64,000 nt of DNA. Source: Akkermansiaceae bacterium. Its GTDB lineage: Bacteria > Verrucomicrobiota > Verrucomicrobiia > Verrucomicrobiales > Akkermansiaceae. Shown piece by piece: positions 48,001-57,929 of this stretch. The stretch covers positions 14,945 to 78,944 of the forward strand of contig JANPMK010000089.1 in the NCBI GenBank assembly GCA_031422775.1, read 5' to 3'. The translations under genes were made by a program, and so were the position numbers. The notes below the pieces were generated by a model, which saw nothing but the letters and a program-made list of their open reading frames with translations, was not told the origin of the DNA and ran no database searches. Position 1 is the stretch's first letter, and each line of letters begins with the position of its first letter.

Positions 48001-51000
48001 GAGACAGAGGTGAGTCGGCCCTCGACATCATGGTTGAAAAGAGTGGTTTGGCCGGATGGATCTTTGGACTGAACAAGTCTGCCGTGCTGATCTTCCCAAC
48101 GTTCCAATGTCTGATTCGCAACGTTGATGGATTTGGAGTAGGTGGCGGGCTGATCCCCGAGCATACAGTAACCTTGTTCTTCAACGGAGTCGCTAATGTT
48201 ACCGGGTCGATTGGTGCGGATGACACGACTGAGTAGGTCATACTCAATGGTTGTGTAGTTTGGAGCTTCACCGGCAGCAAACGAATCCGAGACCGATGAT
48301 TTGCGGCCTTGGCTGTCGTAATGGGTGACGGTGTAAACTTTTCCGTAACGCGCGGAGCCTACGGCGGTGCCATCGATGAGGATGGTGGTTTCCGTGACGA
48401 GCTCACGGCCCAAGGCATCGAGATAGACTTTGCCTATGGGTGTGCCGGAGGATTGTTTCGCGCGGAAATAAGCGATGTTGTGGGTGGAGTTGTGCGGCCA
48501 GACCGAGTTCGGGACTGAGAAGTTGGCAGCATAGCCCGTGACCTCAGCGGTCTCGGTGGAATCGGGATGATTGGTTTTGATGAGGGTGCCGAATGGATCG
48601 TAAGCAAAGCTTGTTGTTAGGCCATTGATGCCTGTTGTGGAGAGAACGAGGGCTTTATCGGAATCGTAGTTATAGGTCGCAGTGTAGCCGAGTTGGTTCG
48701 TTTCCGAGATGACGAATCTACCTCTGGAATCATAGGTTGTAGATGACGAGCGTGTTAGTCCTGAGCCTGCAACTGTCGTGGAAACCACGTTGCCAAATGC
48801 GTCATGCGTGTAGGATTTGGTAACAGAGAGCGGATGTCCGGGTTCTACGGTTTCCGATTTCAGGATGCCGGTTCCGGTATCGTAGGTGAAGGCGGAGTTT
48901 TTCTGGCTGGCTGTGAGTCCCTGCTTGGTCTTGGTGACGCTTGCAGAAGACAATCGACCCAAGTGCCATTTCGTTGAAGTGATGTTGTGGCTGTAGACAC
49001 TATTGGTGGTCACGGATGACTCATCTAGGGAGGTAACGCTTGAGATTTTCACAAATCCATAAGCATCAAAATCCGCTAGATTTTGAGTGGTGACTGTTTC
49101 GCCTTTTAAGGTGCCATCGAGATCAAAAATATGATTCACAGATCTGGTCTGTACCGGACGGCGTATGGTGCCACCTACTCCGACCTGACTTGGCATTTCC
49201 GAGTAGATTGCGGACTGGATAGATAGAATTTTGCGACCCGCGGTGAAAGCTTGCCCCCCATGATTCGGGGGCATGAGTAAGCTGTCTGCGGCAGTCAGAT
49301 TGACGCTGGTTTGTGTGTAAACCGGACTCCCCGCGAAAGGGAACTCACGATGGCTGTCCGTGCGTGTGAGCTGGCCGTTGGTTTCATCCAAAGCCTCGAC
49401 CCAACCGAAGCCCAGGGAGGCTTCATTGGTTTTGTCATATCGAAGATCGCCGTAGCGTTGGGATTTCCAGTTGCGTCCGCCCAGACCGTTGGGTTCCGAG
49501 TAGCGTGAAACCACTAGACGAGAATCAATCAAGCTTGCATGGCCGACTGGAAGAGTTCCGGTGAATTTCTCGTAGACTCTTGCTCCAAAACCCGTGGTTG
49601 GGGTTGGATCGTTGAGGCGGTGATACTGAACTTGGAGTTCCGAGCCAAAGCCATCGGTGATGGCGGTGATGATTTCGGGTTTGGCTTGGTTGAGATAAAC
49701 GGTGGGGCGTTCTCCGTTACGGATATTCGCAACGATATCAGGAAAGCCATCTCCATTGATATCCACCACCATGGAGTTGGGATCTGGGTAATTTTTTTTG
49801 CCGAGCTTAAATCCATCCGGCAGTCCCCATGATTGATCCTGTATCCAACCCTTTCCGGTATTGATGAATGCGCCATTGTTGGTTCCTGAAAACGGATCGT
49901 TGCTGGTGACCGTGCGCTTGCCATCGGGTCCAATGTAATCAGTGCCATCGCGAGAATATAGAATATCGACTAAGCCGTCACCGTTCAGGTCTGCAAACTG
50001 TGAACAGGTTTGATCGTCGCCGGCATCCGAATCAAGAGAGAGCGGTAGTGTGTAACCTTGTCCGTAAGTAGAAGTATCTCTCAACCATCGATTTGCTCCC
50101 ACAGAAGTATCTCCACGGTTGAACCACGTGGAATGAGAGAGCTCAATTTTTGTATTCGTGCTAAAAAGTTTCGTGAACGCACGCACGATATCCACAAGGC
50201 CATCGCCATTCACATCGACCATTTGGGTCCCTGCCCCATTCCTAAGACTGTTAGAATCAGGATTTTGAACGAGAGGAGCATTGCCATCCACACTTGTGGG
50301 ATTGCTTCGATTCATATTTGAAGTCGAAGGATATGTGGCGGCGGGGAACTTCCAATCAGGGATGTCTTTATCTGGGAGAGATGATAACCAGGAAGGGTAT
50401 AATGCCGAAGAAGTAGGAGCTCTAAACTTTCCGGTGTAACGCGTATCAACATAGGCTGTGCTGGACGCTTCGACGGTGGATTTTACATAATCCAAGAAGC
50501 CATCTCCGTTTAAATCTACGAGTGCACGTCCGATGTCGTGAATTTTATGAATATCGTCGAGGTATAGTAGGTCTTCTGGTGGAGCCAATGCGTCATTTTT
50601 GACCCAGCCCTGTCCTAGATGGCAACGGTTATGGAAGACCGTACGTGAACTCTCTGGAAGAATTTTAGCTGATGCTGGGAGTGAAGTTAGCGGACTCGCA
50701 TTAGCCAGCCAACCCCAATTTGAGGTATTGATAAAAAGATCTAGGTAGCCGTCTTTATCGATATCGATCAAATCACGTGAAATCAGGTGACGCTTTCCAC
50801 CATACTCACTCACTGAGTTATTATTTCTGGATTCAAATGTGGGTGAATACCCAGCTAGTTCCACCCATCCAGTGCCATTGTGCGTGAGAAATTTGAACTT
50901 ATTAATGGATGTATAGCCGTTATATGCCCTTCTATGTTCTGTGACGAAAAGATCCATCTTGCCATCTCCATTGATATCGCAGGGCACGGAGCTGAGATCA

Positions 51001-53627
51001 TGTCTTGCTGACCAACCGCTATCTTGACCTGAATTTGTAAACGCATAGCGGCCGATAGGCTTGTATATTTCATCGGAGTAAAATCCGTCTCCTGAATTTA
51101 AATAAACACCTCCAACCACATCCGCATCCGTTTGGGTAATTAGTGCATCATTGACAATGTCCCAATCCGTAACCCTGTAGTCTGTTAGATCAAGAAGCCC
51201 ATCATTGTTGATGTCCATGAAACGCATGCCACGCGTTAAGTTGCTATTGTTACTAAACAAGGGAATTTCACTGATATCAGGAAAAGTGGCGGCTGAAACT
51301 TGGTTGTTATCGAGCTGTGTGGCAGTTCCAAAACGGATATTTTTAAATTCGCTCCAGCTAGTTCCATTGGTCGTGCTATTGTCATAATTAATGAATGCGA
51401 GGTAAGGGTAATTTCCTGCGACGAGACTAGCCGAGCCACTTACATTTTGCAGGGGAACTCTAAATGTCTTCCACTGGGAGTTTTCTCCTGGGCCATAAGT
51501 GATACTGCGATCACTGCTGATGGGTGATGCGACAGTCGTATCAGGACGAACATGAACGACAAACTCAGCACCCTGATTCCAAGCATCATTTGTATCGACG
51601 ATCAGGTAGGCTCCTTTATCAAGATTATCTGACCGAAATTGAAATTCCACAAATGAGTTGTTCGGAACCACCACAGCTGGCGTCTGAGCTACCAATCGTC
51701 CAACTGCTCCTTCAAGGCGGATCGAGTCGGATTGGGTTTCGGTAAATGAGGTAATATCACGGTCAATCGTGATGAATGAATCGCCGTAGCTTGGAAGCAC
51801 GATTTGCTCAGCTTTTACCCATTTGTTTGGTATGCTATTCGCACCCTGCCATGTAAAAACGGTCGGGCTGGTTGTAAATCCACCTGCATGTTGCCTGAAC
51901 ATAGATGCTAAAACCGACCTGCCCGTTTGCGCGCTAGTTTGGTAATTTAAAAAGTAGGTATGGTTGGTGTATGCACCTGTTTTGACTGCGATTTCCTTGA
52001 GGCGATTGTTCGTCTCATAGCGTAAACCGCTGGCATGATAGGCAAAGCTCTTATCCGGCCTGTCTTCGTAGGTAAAATTGATGCTGCAATACGGCGCTAA
52101 CCCGCTGTCGTTACCCGTGTAGTTTACAGAAGTTACGCGTCTATCTATCACGTTATTTGTCGTATGACTCGCTTGTCCTGACCAATTGACCAAATAGTAA
52201 TTGCCATTTGTGTCGGATACTTTTGAGACGTCCCACGAAATAGGTGCGTTGTAGAGCGGAGCAACAATTTTAGAACTGCTAGAATTTCCTAACTGTATAA
52301 TGAGTCCAGCCTTTGTCTCAACCTGCCACCATGAATTCGTATTGTTTTGGTTTCCACCTTTCAGAGTGATGCGTGCGAATGAATCGATTTCAGTGCGGTA
52401 TTCTGAATTCTGTTGGCCATAAGTTCCAGCTACACAGACCAACTTTTCTCCATTGAAAAAGAAGCGGTCATCGCCATCGAAACGTACAGCGCCTTCAAAA
52501 CCATCTTTCTGCAAACTCGCTGGCCCACGGGTGATGCTTTGGAAACCCGATAAGGACCAGCCCACACCAGCAATCCCATTTCCGGCACCGGATGAATAAT
52601 TCAGCGAAACTTTCGGTTCCATCCCTGCGGTGCCTTTTGGAATATCAATCGGCATCGAGTAGGTCATTGAGCCATCGCCACCAACAGACATCGAACCCTT
52701 TAACGAAGTAACAGGTTGATGCGTGCCGAGAATGGTCACAGGGGGAATGCTTCCTTGCTGCGGCAGTGGTGCACTACCATTTAATCCACCAAGCCAAAGT
52801 GAATCCATGTAATGATCGAGAAATGATTTTCCTGTACCGGGCTTGATATTATCCCTATCGTAGAGGTTTGGATTCGAACCGTTAGCAGTCTCCCATGCGT
52901 TTGGTAGACCGTCTTTATCCGTGTCGGGAAACATGGTATTTGCTGGATCGACCGTTAAATCATCTATCAGAGTGTCACCTAGCCGGCTGCCGTAGAGCTC
53001 GATGTTTTCTAAATTTGCCCCGCGCCCTTCGAATGCCAAGTTGGCCGCCGCCAATTTTCCACCGATGAATAAATCCCAGATATTACGCTGGTAGTCGTGG
53101 CGTAAAGTGATCCTTGTGTAACCCGAAGCTGTTAAACCATTTGCAGCGAGCGCAAACGTCCCAACTGTTTTCGCCCACTGGGCTGGATTTGTTTCACCCG
53201 AGCTACCATTCAAAACCCAAATATTTCCTGAGTTCGTGCCGACTGGAACCTGAAACGCGAGCTGTGTTCCATTCGAATGAAAACTCGCCTGACTGCCCTC
53301 AGGATCAGCTGCGGGTTTGAGTTGTAGATCGATGAATGCAATTTTCTCAGCGGCATTCCATTCGATATCTCTAACCAAAAGCGGTTCTTGTGCCGCGTTA
53401 GCTTCGATTTTTAAAGCCTGCCCACCGCCAACGCCTTGGCCATTCGCGGAGATGGCTGCATTTCCGGACAACAGCGACCATCCAGTGCCATTGGTAATTC
53501 CTAAAACTTCACCGGGATTATAGACGGGGCTCTCAAATGAGATTGGCGGTAAATATGCCAGAAGTTGATTCGTCCAGATAGCTGAGCAACAAATCGTGGT
53601 AACACTCGCCTTTAAAAAGTAGTTCAT
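45081..53627 (-). CDS. giant secreted TcB/TcC-like RHS-repeat polymorphic toxin (SpvB-like domain + FG-GAP/VCBS-type repeats + RHS shell + core + variable C-terminal region)
   Basis: 2848 aa with an N-terminal hydrophobic signal. [12 protein letters not shown] Ca-binding-like motif. SpvB/TcB signature [39 protein letters not shown]. DxNGDG loops ([53 protein letters not shown]). More than 15 YD repeats (YDSRGRF, YDVLGRP, YDSLGRP, YDALGRV...). RHS core ...[30 protein letters not shown]...[17 protein letters not shown]. Confidence 0.9.
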   Translation of the reverse strand: [2848 protein letters not shown]

Positions 53628-53912
53628 GAGAAGGGGTAGATGGGGGGATTTACGCTTCCAGAATCAGGATTCAATGCTATCTAATCAGCTAACAAACTAT
53701 TTAAATGACAAAGAAAACGAATGCGGGAGGGAAATCACGCTGATTGTTTACTCTAGCAGAAAATCACAGGACAAGATTAAAGTGGTATTTTTGTGAAAAT
53801 GATTCGCATGGTCCTTAATTCAACAAAGTTTCACTTATACCTTTGCAGGGAAGAAACGAAAAATACCCCACCCCACCATTGACTCCGCGCCATTCATCGT
53901 TTCCCATCCTGC

Positions 53913-55679
53913 ATGCCCGTTGTGGAAAAAAAATCTCCGATCTCTTCAAATCGCTGGATTTTTTCTTACTTACTCACTGAGAAAAAAATCTTCATCCCCT
54001 CGCTTATTGCGTTGTTCCTGACTGCTGGGCTTTCGCTCGCTTTCCCCTATTTTCTTAAAGAGCTTATTGGAAATCCGGTCGATTCCCTGCGCAATGCCGT
54101 CCCGCCATCGGAAATTCTTGCGAAGATTAACGACATCATCCTGAAGCTCATTGCCGTTTTGTTCTTACAAGCAACCATCGGTTACTTCCGTGTTCAGGGT
54201 TTCATCCGTTCCGGTGAGTCTGCCCTGAATCGTCTGCGTAAAGATCTTTTCAAACATCTCCTGCACTTGCCGGTGCCTTATTTCCAGGATCAACGCGCCG
54301 GCTCTCTGAGCAACCGAGTTTCCGCAGATCTCGCATTGGTGCGAGAAACCCTACTCACCACGATTCCGCAGGCCGTTCGCCAAACTGTTATTCTCATCGG
54401 AGGGCTGGTTTTCATTTTCGTAGCCTCATGGAAACTCTCGGTCGTCATGCTCGGCTGCATTCCCGTCGTGGTGCTATTGATCGCCTTTTTCGGACGCAAA
54501 GTTCGCAACCATTCCAAGGCCGCTCAGCAATCCCTAGCCGATGCTTCAACCGTGATCGAAGAATCCGTCCAAAACATCGCGGATGTCAAAGCGTTCACCA
54601 ATCAACCCTTCGAGTGCGAGCGCTATGAATCATCGCTTCAGTCTTTCCTTGCCGTCACTTTGCGCGGTGCGAAAGCACGCGGCGCGTTTCTATCATTCAT
54701 CATCTTTGTTCTATTTGGAACGATCGCCTTCGTCGTCTGGTATGGCGCGCGCATGTATTCCAACGGCGTTATCACATGGGAAAATTTCTTCGCCTTCATC
54801 ATCTTCTCGATCTTCGTCGGCGCCTCGCTCGGATCGTTTCCGGAAATCATTTCCCAATTCCAACAAACCGCCGGCGCTACGGATCGACTCCGTGAAATTC
54901 TCGATATGCAGGGCGAGCGTAAAAACGGCAATGCCAACGTCACGCTCAAAGGTCAGATCTCTTTTGAGAACGTTTCGTTCAACTATCCATCCCGCCCAGA
55001 GATCACGACCCTAAACGAGATTTCCCTTCAAATCCCCGCCGGTCAACGCACCGCCATCGTCGGTCCATCGGGTGCGGGAAAATCCACCTTGTTCTCGCTG
55101 ATCCTCGGCTTCAACGATCCCACCTCTGGCAATATCCGCTTTGACGGAACCGATGCCCAAGACATTGCCCTAGATTGCCTGCGCTCACAAATCGCCATCG
55201 TCCCACAGGAAGTCATGCTCTTTGGCGGCACGATCTCTGAAAACATCGCCTACGGCAAACCCGGCGCATCCGCAGCCGAAATCGAAAATGCCGCGAAACT
55301 CGCCAACGCCCACGATTTCATCGCCGAGCTTCCAAGTAGCTACGAAACTATGGTCGGCCCACGCGGCACCAAACTCTCCGGTGGTCAACGCCAACGCATC
55401 GCCATCGCCCGCGCCATCTTGGCCGATCCGAAAATCCTGCTGTTAGACGAAGCCACCTCCGCCTTGGATTCCGAATCCGAACGCCTCGTCAACGAAGCCC
55501 TCGAGCGCTTGATGGAAAACCGCACATCGCTCGTCATCGCGCACAGACTCTCCACCGTCCGCCACGCCGATCAAATCCTCGTGATCTCCAAAGGTAAACT
55601 TGTCGAGCAAGGCAGCCACGACAACCTCTACGCCGCAAACGGAACCTACCGTTTTCTGGCAGAGACGCAGTTGAGTTAA
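53913..55679 (+). CDS. ABCB-type exporter, fused permease-ATPase (MsbA/lipid or multidrug exporter-like)
   Basis: Six N-terminal TM helices. Walker A GPSGAGKST, signature LSGGQRQRIAIARA, Walker B ILLLDEATSALD, H-loop VIAHRLST. Confidence 0.85.
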   Translation: MPVVEKKSPISSNRWIFSYLLTEKKIFIPSLIALFLTAGLSLAFPYFLKELIGNPVDSLRNAVPPSEILAKINDIILKLIAVLFLQATIGYFRVQGFIRSGESALNRLRKDLFKHLLHLPVPYFQDQRAGSLSNRVSADLALVRETLLTTIPQAVRQTVILIGGLVFIFVASWKLSVVMLGCIPVVVLLIAFFGRKVRNHSKAAQQSLADASTVIEESVQNIADVKAFTNQPFECERYESSLQSFLAVTLRGAKARGAFLSFIIFVLFGTIAFVVWYGARMYSNGVITWENFFAFIIFSIFVGASLGSFPEIISQFQQTAGATDRLREILDMQGERKNGNANVTLKGQISFENVSFNYPSRPEITTLNEISLQIPAGQRTAIVGPSGAGKSTLFSLILGFNDPTSGNIRFDGTDAQDIALDCLRSQIAIVPQEVMLFGGTISENIAYGKPGASAAEIENAAKLANAHDFIAELPSSYETMVGPRGTKLSGGQRQRIAIARAILADPKILLLDEATSALDSESERLVNEALERLMENRTSLVIAHRLSTVRHADQILVISKGKLVEQGSHDNLYAANGTYRFLAETQLS

Positions 55680-55689
55680 CCCCAAGGAG

Positions 55690-55714
55690 AGGCGGCATTC
55701 TGCCGCCTTTCTTC
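55690..55714 (+). terminator. rho-independent terminator of the ABC exporter gene
   Basis: AGGCGGCA-TTC-TGCCGCCT followed by TTCTTCTCC, starting 11 nt after the stop. Confidence 0.6.
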
Positions 55715-55791
55715 TCCATCTCCACGATCTCCCCTCCCAAAAACTCTCCATTTTCCTTGATAAACTCATGAATTCATGCATGATTTCATGC

Positions 55792-56052
55792 ATGGCAACT
55801 AAAACGATTTCCCTGGAACTCGATGCTTATGAAAAGCTCCGTCGATCCAAACTAGACGGAGAATCCTTTTCCGCAGTCGTTCGCCGAGCGCGATTTGACC
55901 CCGCCGATGCACGCGGCAGTTCCATCATCAGCGCCTTGTCCGCTCTTAGCGTGCGGGAATCCGACGAAAAAGCAGTCACTTACTGGGAAAAAGCCGGCCT
56001 TCCAGAACGAACAATTAGCCCCTCCGTATGGGAAGGAGATAAAGAACAGTGA
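55792..56052 (+). CDS. vapB: VapB-like antitoxin (DUF217-type)
   Basis: 86 aa from ATG 55792 (MATKTISLELDAYEKLRRSK...). The stop overlaps the GTG start of the PIN gene. Confidence 0.6.
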   Translation: MATKTISLELDAYEKLRRSKLDGESFSAVVRRARFDPADARGSSIISALSALSVRESDEKAVTYWEKAGLPERTISPSVWEGDKEQ

Positions 56053-56435
56053 AGCTCCTAGATACCTGCTTTCTCATTCATTTACATCGTGAATGGACTA
56101 AGAAGCAACCTGGCCCTGCCACTCATTATCTTGAACAGCATCAAAAAGAAGAATTTAGCATCTCCGTGATCACGTCGCTTGAGTTTCTCGAAGGCTTCGA
56201 ACAGATCAACGATGGACAACGCTTTCTCGCACCATTCTCCTCTCTTCTCGTATCCGAAGAAATCGCCCGTATTGGCAGTCGCATCAGACGCGATCTCCGC
56301 AAGCGCGGAGAGATGATTGGAGACTTCGACATCCTAATCGCCGCTACAGCCATCGAAGCCGCGATTCCAATTATCACGGACAACGTCAACCACTTCAACC
56401 GCATCGAAGGGCTTACCGTAGAAACATACCGTTAG
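56049..56435 (+). CDS. vapC: PIN-domain ribonuclease toxin VapC
   Basis: LLDTCFLIH (first acidic residue), E in LEFLEG, DILIAATAI, TDNVNHF. 128 aa. Confidence 0.8.
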   Translation: MKLLDTCFLIHLHREWTKKQPGPATHYLEQHQKEEFSISVITSLEFLEGFEQINDGQRFLAPFSSLLVSEEIARIGSRIRRDLRKRGEMIGDFDILIAATAIEAAIPIITDNVNHFNRIEGLTVETYR

Positions 56436-56474
56436 GTCACAGAGACTCAGCAGCGCCGATCTTTGTCTGCTAAA

Positions 56475-57908
56475 TCACTTTTCCTTATCTTCAATCCTGT
56501 CAGCAGCACGGCGCACGCGGCTGACATATTGTTCGAGGGTTTCGCTCTTCTTCAGATTGAGAGCCGCTTGAAGGTTAATCAGAGCATCGCTGTAACGGCG
56601 CTCACGCACTAACATTTGACCAAGTGCGAGGTTTGAAGCGTAAGCAACTTTCTCGACCCTTGCCGCGAGCTGGTAACTTGTCCGAGCCTCCACAACTAAG
56701 GCCTCGCGTTTGCTTTCATCGGTTTCATCACGCGAGAGAAGATCTTTGTGACGAGCAAGCTCTAACAATACCTCGCCATCCGCAGGATTGAGTTCGACAA
56801 GTTTGTTGAGTAAAGTGCTGGTGCGTTCTTTCTGCCCTAAAGATTGAGATATTCTCACCTCAACAAGCAGGATAGAGGTAAGATCTGCAGGTAAAATTTT
56901 GTCGCCAAGTTTCGTCCGGATACTGGTGATGAACTCATCCGCCTGGTCGGGAAATCCATAGTCATTCAGAATGCGTGCTGACTTAACTGTGCGCGCAACA
57001 TCCAGTGTCTTGGACTTTTCGATGGCAGCTTGATAAGCCAACAGTGCGAGCTGAGGCTCATTCTGATCCATGTATAGGTTGCCGAGTAGATTGAGGTTTG
57101 CTTCATCCGCGATACCCTTAAGCCTCAGCACTTCAAGGTTTACGATGGCATCGTCCTTTCTCTCCATGGCGAGGTATGCATTGGTTTGCTGCAACCATAA
57201 TTGTTTATCGTTCGGGTTAGCATCGATAAGCGTTCCGATCAAATTGGAGCCTTCTGTATATTTTTCCTGCGTCATTAGAGCTTGTGAGAGCCCGAGTTTC
57301 CAATCACGCGATGAGGAATCAAGCAAGTAAGCTTGGCGATATGCGTTCTCAGCGGCGACAGCGTCTTTCTTTAAAAGATGACAATAACCTAACAGACCGT
57401 ATATCCGTGCGGAATTCTCACCCAACTCGATGGCCTTCTGTAAAATCGGCAGAGCTTCGTCGGTTTTATTCTGTGAGACATAGAGATAAGCAAGGTTCGT
57501 GTGTGCACGGCGAAAACGTGGAAACTTACTGATGGCCTCCAAGAAAGAACGGCGGGCATCATCATTCCGACCTGCTTGGAAATACAAATTTCCCATCACA
57601 AAAATCATAGCGGGACTGATTTCTGTAGCCACTTTCTTGCGATCTGTCGGGTGTTCAGTTTCTTGAATGAAAGCTGCTAACTGTGCCTCAGCCTCTTTAA
57701 ACTTAGATTTCTCAAACAGGTCACGGACAGCAGTAAGCGCAATCTGTTCTTCAGCAGAAACTTTAGGCTCTACGTCTGAAAGGAAACCGTAGGAACCAAC
57801 AAAATCGCGCACAAATTTTGGATCACGAAATAGGTTTGAAGGTGGAATGATCTGCTGTGCAGATAAAGCCGTGACTAGCAGCATGGAGATAGTGATGGAG
57901 CGGAACAT
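56475..57908 (-). CDS. periplasmic TPR-repeat protein (TtpD-like position in a TonB2-type cluster)
   Basis: Signal peptide, then repeated TPR-like helices (A..YLA/YQA...P.D). Last gene of the exbB-exbD-tonB string. Confidence 0.65.
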   Translation of the reverse strand: MFRSITISMLLVTALSAQQIIPPSNLFRDPKFVRDFVGSYGFLSDVEPKVSAEEQIALTAVRDLFEKSKFKEAEAQLAAFIQETEHPTDRKKVATEISPAMIFVMGNLYFQAGRNDDARRSFLEAISKFPRFRRAHTNLAYLYVSQNKTDEALPILQKAIELGENSARIYGLLGYCHLLKKDAVAAENAYRQAYLLDSSSRDWKLGLSQALMTQEKYTEGSNLIGTLIDANPNDKQLWLQQTNAYLAMERKDDAIVNLEVLRLKGIADEANLNLLGNLYMDQNEPQLALLAYQAAIEKSKTLDVARTVKSARILNDYGFPDQADEFITSIRTKLGDKILPADLTSILLVEVRISQSLGQKERTSTLLNKLVELNPADGEVLLELARHKDLLSRDETDESKREALVVEARTSYQLAARVEKVAYASNLALGQMLVRERRYSDALINLQAALNLKKSETLEQYVSRVRRAADRIEDKEK

Positions 57909-57929
57909 GGTATAGTGGTTTCTTTGCTA

